Shown here one piece after another: positions 56,908 to 64,000 of a DNA stretch of 64,000 nucleotides. The stretch lies in assembly GCA_034430375.1 (NCBI GenBank), contig DAOUER010000001.1, positions 5,760 to 69,759 on the forward strand, given 5' to 3'. The stretch is from Dehalococcoidales bacterium. Its GTDB lineage: Bacteria; Chloroflexota; Dehalococcoidia; Dehalococcoidales; RBG-16-60-22. Under the pieces are notes generated by a model. That model did no database searches and was not told where the DNA came from. It was given only the letters and a program-made list of their open reading frames with translations. The translations under genes were made by a program, and so were the position numbers. Every line of letters starts with the position of its first letter. Position 1 is the first letter of the stretch.

Positions 56908-56936
56908 TTGACGCTCAGGTCGCCTGTCCATATAAT
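56908..56936 (+). promoter_or_regulatory. near-consensus promoter for the COG2509 flavoprotein gene
   Basis: TTGACG (56908-56913), a 17-nt spacer, then TATAAT (56931-56936). The ~70-nt leader contains a CCCGGG...CCCGGG hairpin and GGGAGAGAGG before the TTG at 57014. Confidence 0.6.
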
Positions 56937-57013
56937 GATGACGGTACCTAGAGCGATTGTTGATATGATGGACCCCGGGACCTTTACGTCTGCCCGGGAG
57001 AGAGGATATTATC

Positions 57014-58408
57014 TTGCCGGATAAATTTGATGTTATCATCGTCGGTGGCGGACCGGCGGGTATCTTTGCCGCGTTGGAACTGGCCCAGGGTGAAGGTATC
57101 CGTATCCTGCTGGTGGAGAAGGGCAAGGATATCGATAAACGCCGCTGCCCGGTACGCGATACCGATGGTTCCTGTATTGAATGTCTGCCCTGTAACCTGG
57201 TCTGTGGGCTCGGCGGCGCCGGGGCTTTCAGCGACGGGAAGCTGGTGCTTTCGTCCCAGGTTGGCGGATATCTCGGGGAGTACCTGGGTGATGAAGCCAT
57301 CGAACGCCTGATTAAATATGTCGATGATTTATACCTGCAATTTGGCGCCTCGGAAAAACTCTATGCTTCTGAGGCCGATAGCCGGGAAATCGGCCGGAGG
57401 GCGGAGAAAGCCGGCTTAAATCTTATCCCGACGCCGGTGCGCCACATGGGCACTGAAAACTGCTACGCGGTGCTCAAAGCCATGCAGGAATACCTAGCGC
57501 CCCGGATAGAACTCAAGCTGGGTACGATGGCTTCCCGGACAATCGTTGAGAACGGGCAGGTGAAGGGTATAGAAACCGATGGCGGCGAAAATTATTACGC
57601 CAATTTCGTGATACTGGCGCCGGGCCGGGAAGGGGCTGACTGGCTTTACCGGGAAGCGGAACGCCTAAAATTGACCATACGTAATAATCCCATTGACGTC
57701 GGTGTCAGGGTGGAACTGCCGGTGAAAGTGATGCAGGAAATCACCGATGTGCTCTATGAAGTGAAGCTGGAGTATTTCACCAAGAGCTTTAACGACCGCA
57801 TCCGGACTTTCTGCATGTGTCCCGCCGGGGAGGTAATCATGGAGTCGACGGGCGGCAGCGATCCCGTAGTAACCGTGAATGGTCACAGCTACAGCGAGTG
57901 GAAAAGCGATAATACCAATTTTGCCTTGCTGGTGAGTACAGATTTCACCAAGCCCTTTCACGAACCCATTGCCTACGGTAAATACCTGGCCAAGCTGGCC
58001 AATCTCCTGGGAGGCGGGGCGCTGGTGCAGCGATTGGGCGACCTTTTAGACGGTCACCGGTCTACCCCGGAGCGGATAGAGAAGGGTAAAGTCCGGCCGA
58101 CTTTAAAAAGCGCTACCCCGGGTGATTTGAGCTTTGCCCTGCCTTACCGGCACCTGACCGGACTGGTGGAAATGCTCAAGGCGATGGATAAGATGATACC
58201 GGGTGTAGCTTCACCGGATACGCTGCTTTACGGCATCGAGGTGAAATTCTATTCCTTCCGTCCCCAGCTAAGTTCCTGCCTGGAGACGGAAGTTGGTAAT
58301 ATGTTTGCGGTGGGGGACGGCACCGGCGTCAGCCGCGGCCTGGTACAGGCATCCGCCGCCGGGCTGGTAGCGGCTGTAGAGATATTAAACAGATTAGATA
58401 AGGGATAG
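57014..58408 (+). CDS. FAD-dependent dehydrogenase (COG2509-type)
   Basis: FDVIIVGGGPAGIFAALELA dinucleotide fold. The Cys cluster CPVRDTDGSCIECLPCNLVCGLGGAGAFSDGK is typical of this family as I recall it. Confidence 0.8.
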   Translation: MPDKFDVIIVGGGPAGIFAALELAQGEGIRILLVEKGKDIDKRRCPVRDTDGSCIECLPCNLVCGLGGAGAFSDGKLVLSSQVGGYLGEYLGDEAIERLIKYVDDLYLQFGASEKLYASEADSREIGRRAEKAGLNLIPTPVRHMGTENCYAVLKAMQEYLAPRIELKLGTMASRTIVENGQVKGIETDGGENYYANFVILAPGREGADWLYREAERLKLTIRNNPIDVGVRVELPVKVMQEITDVLYEVKLEYFTKSFNDRIRTFCMCPAGEVIMESTGGSDPVVTVNGHSYSEWKSDNTNFALLVSTDFTKPFHEPIAYGKYLAKLANLLGGGALVQRLGDLLDGHRSTPERIEKGKVRPTLKSATPGDLSFALPYRHLTGLVEMLKAMDKMIPGVASPDTLLYGIEVKFYSFRPQLSSCLETEVGNMFAVGDGTGVSRGLVQASAAGLVAAVEILNRLDKG

Positions 58409-58436
58409 CGATAGCTTAAAATACGTGATTTCCTTC

Positions 58437-58465
58437 TTGACATAGTATTAAAAGCAAATTACAAT
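58437..58465 (+). promoter_or_regulatory. candidate promoter upstream of rpsU
   Basis: TTGACA (58437-58442), a 17-nt spacer, then TACAAT (58460-58465). Confidence 0.5.
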
Positions 58466-58504
58466 GTAAAAGGTTATTTAAAGAGTTACGGTATTTGAGC
58501 TTGC

Positions 58505-58542
58505 TTTTAGGGGTTAAAGCCGGACCGGCTGAACCCCTAAAA
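58505..58542 (+). other. long stem-loop in the rpsU leader
   Basis: The 11-bp outer stem TTTTAGGGGTT / AACCCCTAAAA encloses an inner AGCCGG-a-CCGGCT helix. No T-run follows. Confidence 0.5.
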
Positions 58543-58582
58543 TATTGACAAATGTATAAATTCGGAAGGGATGTGATGTTAC

Positions 58583-58780
58583 TTGGCTGAAGTTACAGCT
58601 GGGGATGAAGAGAGCTTCGATAGTTTACTGAAGCGATTTAACCGAAAAGTACAGCAGGACGGCATACTGGCGGAATTGCGCCGTCGTGAGCACTATGAAA
58701 AGCCCAGTATCAAGCGTAAGCGGAAGAAAGCGGCGAAGAAACGCGGCGCTGCCAAGGCCCTGAGAACCTCAAGGCGGTAG
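58583..58780 (+). CDS. rpsU: 30S ribosomal protein S21
   Basis: FDSLLKRFNRKVQQDGILAELRRREHYEKPSIKRKRKKAAKKR is the S21 signature. TTG start. Confidence 0.92.
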   Translation: MAEVTAGDEESFDSLLKRFNRKVQQDGILAELRRREHYEKPSIKRKRKKAAKKRGAAKALRTSRR

Positions 58781-58831
58781 TTCGTTTCTATTCCAATATA
58801 CCTAATAGAGTCTATTATTTACGTGACGTAA

Positions 58832-59290
58832 ATGAATCAGGAATCTAAACTCAAGCAGAAATTGTCCGACGATATCAAGCAGGCGATGAAGTCCGGCGAT
58901 ACGGTAAAGCGCTCCACACTCCGGATGCTGATGTCGTCTATCAATAACGCAGAAATAGCGAAAAAGGCTTCTCTGGAAGATAGTGACGTTCTCGGTATCA
59001 TCGCCAAGGAAGTGAAGCAGCACCAGGAAAGCATCACTTCGTTTAAAGAGGGGAACCGACCGGACCTGGTGGCAAAGGAAGAAGCGGAAATGGCCATTCT
59101 CCAGGATTACCTGCCCGAGCAGATGACCCGTGAGGATATCGTCGCTGAAGCGAAGCAGGTTATTGCGGCGGTGGGGGCGCAGGGCCCCGGCGATAAAGGT
59201 AAGGTGATGAAAGACCTGACGCCCAGGCTCAAAGGCCGGGCGGACGGGAAAGAGATAAACGAGGTCGTGACGGAACTGTTGATTCAATAA
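58832..59290 (+). CDS. GatB/YqeY domain protein
   Basis: LKQKLSDDIKQAMKSGD..., KEVKQHQESITSFKEGNRPDLVAKEEAEMAILQDYLP and GKVMKDLTPRLKGRADGKEINEVV match the YqeY pattern. It follows rpsU, as in many genomes. Confidence 0.9.
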   Translation: MNQESKLKQKLSDDIKQAMKSGDTVKRSTLRMLMSSINNAEIAKKASLEDSDVLGIIAKEVKQHQESITSFKEGNRPDLVAKEEAEMAILQDYLPEQMTREDIVAEAKQVIAAVGAQGPGDKGKVMKDLTPRLKGRADGKEINEVVTELLIQ

Positions 59291-59292
59291 TA

Positions 59293-59523
59293 CTAATCCA
59301 GGTTTTCGAATATCAGGATATCCCGTATTTTAGCTTCCCCGGATGTATATCTTTTAATAATCATACGCGCGTTTTCCGGGTCTTCTTCATTGATTACTTC
59401 CGAAATTTTGGTTAATAGTGATAGCGCGCGGACTTCCACATCGTTCTTTCCTTTGGTTAGTCCGTACCGCCAGGCCACGGCGCCGATGATTACACATGCC
59501 AGTATTCCCCAGAGAAATCCCAT
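59293..59523 (-). CDS. small single-TM protein (76 aa)
   Basis: N-terminal TM helix (GFLWGILACVIIGAVAW). No recognisable family. Confidence 0.45.
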   Translation of the reverse strand: MGFLWGILACVIIGAVAWRYGLTKGKNDVEVRALSLLTKISEVINEEDPENARMIIKRYTSGEAKIRDILIFENLD

Positions 59524-59545
59524 CGAGACCTCCGTATTAAGTTAC

Positions 59546-61150
59546 TCAGGCTCTGATATTCAAGGACTGTATTTCTGCAATTAATCTTTGAATATCGGTG
59601 GTCGTATCTATTATAGACCAGGGAAGCTTTTGTGCGGTATCCCACTTTCGGTCGATATAATAGTCCGTGTCCAACTCGTAAGTTTCAACAGCCTTTCGCC
59701 AGGACGCCAGCGATATATTCTCTATGCCGGCCAGCGCCGGGGCAAGTCGTTCGTCTCCCCGGGATAGGACGCCCTGTATCCGGCTCCACGCCGGGCTTTC
59801 CGTTTTCAGGATGATACCCCTGGGGGGGAGACGCTTTTTGAGTAAAGCGATACGCCGGTTCAGCGTTTCCCGGGAAGCCATGGGCAGCCACTGGAACGGG
59901 GTGCCGGCCTTGGGAACGAAGGGAGCGACATTCAGGCTGAGCCGGGCGCCGCTTCGGTGTTTATCCAGCCGGGCTTTAACCGCCAGCGACAGATTAATAA
60001 GCTCTTCGATATCTTCGTCGGTTTCGGTAGGTAGGCCGATCATGAAATACAGCTTCAGGTTCCGGAAGCTGTTTTGCCCCACTATATCAGCCACTCTCAG
60101 GATTTCACTTTCGGGGATGTCCTTGTTGATTAACCGACGCAGTCGTTGGGAGCCGGCCTCCGGGGCAACGGTAATCGTCCGGGCGTTTCCCCTCGCCAGT
60201 TTTCCGATGATTTCTCCGGATAATGAATCTATCCGTAAAGAACTGATGGATAACTGGGCGCCCCTGCGGAGGAGACCGTCTAACAATCCGATGATATCAG
60301 GGTGGTCGGTAACGGCCGGCCCCACCAGCCCGATACGCTTACGATTTTCCAGTCCTTTTTCCGCCTGTTTTAAAAGAATGTCCGGCTTACGAAAACGCAT
60401 CGGGGAGAAGATGCAGTTCACCAGGCAAAAATGGCAGCCGCGCTGACAGCCCCGTTCGGCTTCGATGAGGAATAAATCGCCCAATTCGGTATCCCGCGTC
60501 AGGACGACCGAGGTAACCGGGAATATATCCAGGTCTTTAGCCCACTGCCGTATTATGGGTGTCTGGGGTGGTAAAGCGGGGGTATATATGCCCGGCAGAG
60601 CTGATAATGCTCTCAATAAATCGGTCCGGCGGTCGCGCCAATCCTCCGAAAGCACCGGGAGTATAATGGGCAGTATCGGCTCCGCTTCACCGATGCAAAG
60701 GCAGTCGAAGAACGGCGATACCGGCAGGGGATTGGCCGTAGCGCAGGGACCCCCGGCAATGACCAGGGGATGCCTTTCGTCACGGTCGGCGGCATAGACG
60801 GGTATGCCGGCGGCTCTCAGTATCGGGACGATGTTGAAATAGTCCAGTTCGTAGGAAAGAGAAAAAGCCACCACGGCGAAATCGGTCAGGGGGCGACGCG
60901 ATTCTATGGATACGGGGGCGTTGTATTTCTCGCGGTTGTCTTTTTCCCAGAAAAATCTCTCGCAGATGACATCATTATGGTCATTAAGAAGCCTGTAAAT
61001 AGCGTGAACGCCCAGGTTAGACATGCCCAGGTAGTAGGAATTGGGATAGACCAGAGCAATGGGAAGCCGGCCTCCCCAGTCCTTGATAACGACGCCGGTT
61101 TCCCGCGTACGGGTGTCTCTTAGCGACTTGGTTTTTTCTCTTGTCGGCAT
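59546..61150 (-). CDS. B12-binding-domain radical SAM protein (TIGR03960-like)
   Basis: N-terminal LPIALVYPNSYYLGMSNLGVHAIYRLLN and the radical-SAM cluster ERGCQRGCHFCLV. ATG 61150 (MPTREK) is preferred over 61267. A TATAAT (61162-61157, minus strand) ends 6 nt before that ATG. Confidence 0.85.
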   Translation of the reverse strand: MPTREKTKSLRDTRTRETGVVIKDWGGRLPIALVYPNSYYLGMSNLGVHAIYRLLNDHNDVICERFFWEKDNREKYNAPVSIESRRPLTDFAVVAFSLSYELDYFNIVPILRAAGIPVYAADRDERHPLVIAGGPCATANPLPVSPFFDCLCIGEAEPILPIILPVLSEDWRDRRTDLLRALSALPGIYTPALPPQTPIIRQWAKDLDIFPVTSVVLTRDTELGDLFLIEAERGCQRGCHFCLVNCIFSPMRFRKPDILLKQAEKGLENRKRIGLVGPAVTDHPDIIGLLDGLLRRGAQLSISSLRIDSLSGEIIGKLARGNARTITVAPEAGSQRLRRLINKDIPESEILRVADIVGQNSFRNLKLYFMIGLPTETDEDIEELINLSLAVKARLDKHRSGARLSLNVAPFVPKAGTPFQWLPMASRETLNRRIALLKKRLPPRGIILKTESPAWSRIQGVLSRGDERLAPALAGIENISLASWRKAVETYELDTDYYIDRKWDTAQKLPWSIIDTTTDIQRLIAEIQSLNIRA

Positions 61151-61266
61151 ATTCAGATTATATCGCCTTTGGTGATGGAATACTATCTGTACGCGGGCTG
61201 CTTGCGGGTGGCTGAATACGAATGATATAATTGGCGGGTAATACCCCGCCGGAAATTCAGGAGTCA

Positions 61267-61557
61267 ATGATGAAAATCAGCCGTGAAGAAGTCTTACATA
61301 TCGCCCGTCTGGCACGGGTGGCCCTCACCGAGGATGAGGTCAGTCGGTTCAGCGAGCAATTATCAAACCTGCTGGAAAATTTCGAGATACTGCAGCAGGT
61401 AGACACCGAAGATGTCCCCCCGACGGCGCAGTCGGTAGCTTTGCAGGATATTATGAGAGATGACGCTGTGAGGCCGTCATTTTCACCGGATGATATCCTG
61501 GCTAACGCCCCGCAGCGGGACGAGGACTGCTTTAGAGTGAAGCCGGTGCTGGAATAA
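61267..61557 (+). CDS. gatC: Asp/Glu-tRNA amidotransferase subunit C
   Basis: MMKISREEVLHIARLARVALTEDEVSRFSEQLSNLLENFEILQQVDTEDVPPT is a typical GatC. CAGGAG RBS. The track start 61231 is an upstream extension. Confidence 0.92.
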   Translation: MMKISREEVLHIARLARVALTEDEVSRFSEQLSNLLENFEILQQVDTEDVPPTAQSVALQDIMRDDAVRPSFSPDDILANAPQRDEDCFRVKPVLE

Positions 61558-61579
61558 GAGAACAAGGGTGAACGGTAAA

Positions 61580-62038
61580 ATGGAGAAAATATTCGGTATC
61601 ATACCAGCTTCTTCCGGTCCATATACGGCCATCTGGATTATCAGTATCGCGGTTTTTCTGATACTGGTACTGGTCGCTGGCATGTTTATATCCTTTGGTT
61701 ATCAGTCGAGACATTTGAAATATACGGTTAATGACGAAGGTTTACGTATCAGTCCCGGACTGTACGGTCGTTTAATTCCTAAAGAAGATATTGATACGGA
61801 AGGTATTAAAGTGTTGAACCTGAATATTGATGCCGAATACCAGTTGAAACGGCGGACGAACGGAGCGGGTTTACCCGGTTTTGCCTCGGGCTGGTTCAAG
61901 CTGGCTAACAATGAAAAAGCACTGGTATTTGTGACCGACCGCAGCCGTGTGGTTTATATTCCTACTCTCAGGGATTATACGGTTTTATTGAGTGTTCAGG
62001 AAGCTGAGGAGTTTGCCGGCGTTTTACAGAACTGGTAA
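61580..62038 (+). CDS. membrane-anchored bacterial PH-domain-like protein
   Basis: One TM helix followed by a ~110-aa soluble domain (GWFKLANNEKALVFVTD...). It is inserted between gatC and gatA. AAGGGTGA RBS before ATG 61580. Confidence 0.5.
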   Translation: MEKIFGIIPASSGPYTAIWIISIAVFLILVLVAGMFISFGYQSRHLKYTVNDEGLRISPGLYGRLIPKEDIDTEGIKVLNLNIDAEYQLKRRTNGAGLPGFASGWFKLANNEKALVFVTDRSRVVYIPTLRDYTVLLSVQEAEEFAGVLQNW

Positions 62039-62060
62039 TGATATAGATAGGTGACTATTG

Positions 62061-63503
62061 ATGCAGGTTACGATTAAAGAAGCCTCGGAGTTATTGAAAA
62101 AGAAAGAGATATCCTCGGTTGAATTGACCAGAGCCTACTTGGAACGCATCGAAGCTGCCGAGCCGAAGGTGCAGGCGCTGGTTACGGTTACCGCCGACCG
62201 GGCTCTCGAACAGGCGCAGCAGGCCGATGAGGCTATAGCATCAGGCAAGGTCGGCCCGCTGACTGGTATCCCTGTAGTAATCAAGGACAACATGTGCACC
62301 CGTGACGTACGGACGACATGCTCCTCGAAAATGCTGGAAAATTTCGTGCCGCCCTACGATGCCACAGTCGTGGAAAAGCTGAACACTGCGGGGATGGTCA
62401 TGGTAGGTAAGTCCAACCTGGATGAGTTCGCCATGGGCTCCTCTACGGAGAACTCGGCGCTTTTCCCCACCCGCAACCCCTGGGATACGGAAAGAGTACC
62501 CGGTGGTTCCAGCGGCGGTTCGGCAGTGGCGGTAGCGGCGGGCGAGACCGTCTGCGCCCTCGGTTCGGATACCGGCGGCAGTATCCGGCAGCCGGCCGGC
62601 TTTTGCAGTGTGGTCGGCATGAAGCCCACCTACGGTCGGGTGAGTCGCTACGGCCTGGTGGCTTTCGCCAGTTCACTCGATCAGATAGGACCACTGACTC
62701 AGGATGTCACCGACTGTGCTCTCTTGATGAACGCCATTTCCGGACATGATAAATGCGACTCCACATCGGTGCCCGAACCGGTTCCCGATTATACTCAGGC
62801 TCTCCAGAACGGTTTGAAAGGGCTAAGATTGGGCGTCCCTAAAGAGTATTACGTCGAGGGAATGCAGTCGGGCGTGGCGGACGCTATCCAGAAAGCCTTA
62901 AAACAACTGGAAGCGCTGGGCGCGGTCGTCGAAGAAATGTCGCTGCCCCACACCCCTTACGCCCTGGCCGTCTACTATATCCTCGCCCCCTCGGAGGCCT
63001 CGGCCAACCTGGCGCGCTATGACGGCGTCAAGTACGGCTATTCCTACGACGGCGAAAGCATGTGGGACTCGATGGAGAAGACCCGCGAGTACGGCTTCGG
63101 GCCGGAGGTGAAACGGCGCATCATGCTGGGCACTTATGCCCTTTCCGCCGGCTACTACGACGCCTGGTACGTCAAGGCGCAGAAGGTACGTACCCTGATA
63201 CGGCGGGAGTTCGACGCCGCCTTTGAAAAATACGATGCCCTGATTACCCCCACCTCTCCCACCGTCCCCTTCAAGATAGGGGAAAAGATGGACGACCCCC
63301 TGGCCATGTATTTGAGCGATGTCTGCACGCTGCCAATTAATATCGCCGGGGTGCCGGGCATGTCCCTACCCGCCGGCTTTGCTGAGGGACTCCCCGTGGG
63401 CATGCAGATAATCGGCCGGCACTTCGGTGAGGAAACCATGCTGCATATAGCTTATGCTTACGAGCAAGCCACCGAATGGCATAAACAAAGACCTTCACTT
63501 TAG
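62061..63503 (+). CDS. gatA: Asp/Glu-tRNA amidotransferase subunit A
   Basis: Amidase signature [32 protein letters not shown], and the N-terminus [22 protein letters not shown]. Confidence 0.96.
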   Translation: MQVTIKEASELLKKKEISSVELTRAYLERIEAAEPKVQALVTVTADRALEQAQQADEAIASGKVGPLTGIPVVIKDNMCTRDVRTTCSSKMLENFVPPYDATVVEKLNTAGMVMVGKSNLDEFAMGSSTENSALFPTRNPWDTERVPGGSSGGSAVAVAAGETVCALGSDTGGSIRQPAGFCSVVGMKPTYGRVSRYGLVAFASSLDQIGPLTQDVTDCALLMNAISGHDKCDSTSVPEPVPDYTQALQNGLKGLRLGVPKEYYVEGMQSGVADAIQKALKQLEALGAVVEEMSLPHTPYALAVYYILAPSEASANLARYDGVKYGYSYDGESMWDSMEKTREYGFGPEVKRRIMLGTYALSAGYYDAWYVKAQKVRTLIRREFDAAFEKYDALITPTSPTVPFKIGEKMDDPLAMYLSDVCTLPINIAGVPGMSLPAGFAEGLPVGMQIIGRHFGEETMLHIAYAYEQATEWHKQRPSL

Positions 63504-63518
63504 TCCAGGAGGTGTAAA

Positions 63519-63977
63519 ATGGGTGAAGTTATCCTCACTGCCAAAGGGATTAATGGGCAAATAGACCTATTTCAAAATATACTCAGGATAAGAAGAAAAG
63601 GTGCTCTTTCATTCATAAGTCAAGGACTAAAGGGAGAAAAAGAAATACAAATATCACAGATATCTGCCGTCCAAATAAAAAAACCCGGGGTGTGGACAAA
63701 TGGGTATATTCAATTTTCTTTTCTGGGCGGTCAAGAGAATAAAAAAGGGTTATTTTCTGCTACTCAAGATGAAAATACTATTATATTCAATCCTCGTCAG
63801 CAGAGAGATTTTATAGCTCTTAAAGAGAAACTTGACCAAATAATAGCTTCTGGTAGTTCAGATAGCAAGGAATCATCGGGTCTTGATGATTTAGAGAAGT
63901 TAGCATCACTCAGAGATAAAGGAATAATCACAAAAGAAGAGTTTACTCTTAAGAAGAAGCAAATATTAGGACTATAG
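63519..63977 (+). CDS. DUF4429-like + SHOCT-domain protein
   Basis: C-terminal LEKLASLRDKGIITKEEFTLKKKQILG is a SHOCT motif. The N-terminal PH-like module (ISAVQIKKPGVWTNGYIQFSF) resembles DUF4429. The gene is markedly AT-rich. AGGAGG RBS. Confidence 0.65.
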   Translation: MGEVILTAKGINGQIDLFQNILRIRRKGALSFISQGLKGEKEIQISQISAVQIKKPGVWTNGYIQFSFLGGQENKKGLFSATQDENTIIFNPRQQRDFIALKEKLDQIIASGSSDSKESSGLDDLEKLASLRDKGIITKEEFTLKKKQILGL

Positions 63978-64000
63978 GTCTTTTATCTTTGGGGAAATAA

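Overview
A 64-kb bacterial chromosomal window of about 50-55% G+C by eye. Its gene content suggests a Chloroflexota/Dehalococcoidia-like anaerobe, but that is inference only. Positions 1-35.5 kb and 52.8-64 kb are mostly housekeeping. They include rpoC (open to the left edge, so missing from the ORF track), rpoB, ychF, holA, glk, galU, alaS, ruvX, dnaJ, gpsA-plsY-der, argF, polA, mutM, a type-A RNase P RNA (33654-34006, minus), rnhA, rpsU, gatC and gatA, two response regulators with a sensor-less histidine kinase, and an XRE regulator. An orphan AprB/AprA-like ferredoxin plus flavoprotein pair sits at 31.1-33.5 kb. The accessory part is 35.6-52.8 kb. It is a phage-derived set: small ORFs, large terminase, portal, scaffold, major capsid protein, a repeat-rich virion protein, an adaptor, a BNR-like protein, a gpD-like hub and a gpV-like spike. 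I see no integrase, replication, lysis, tube/sheath or tape-measure genes. A roughly 6.8-kb cargo block splits the set between terminase and portal. The block holds an AT-rich three-gene cassette (DUF6941-like, HicB-like, HicA-like) behind a promoter with an embedded palindrome, small membrane proteins, a cupin, and an opposite-strand operon of two paralogous TM-anchored IPT/Fn3 surface proteins. Other points are a 17-nt motif shared upstream of both halves of the phage cluster, and a single in-frame TAG separating the BNR-like and hub ORFs. Several apparently leaderless genes have TATAAT 6 nt before the ATG. The XRE gene has a consensus promoter with a perfect palindrome in its spacer. Both RNA polymerase large subunits carry acidic C-terminal extensions. 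I found no tRNA, rRNA, CRISPR array, transposase or integrase. All functional calls rest on reading the translated sequences; no database search was run.
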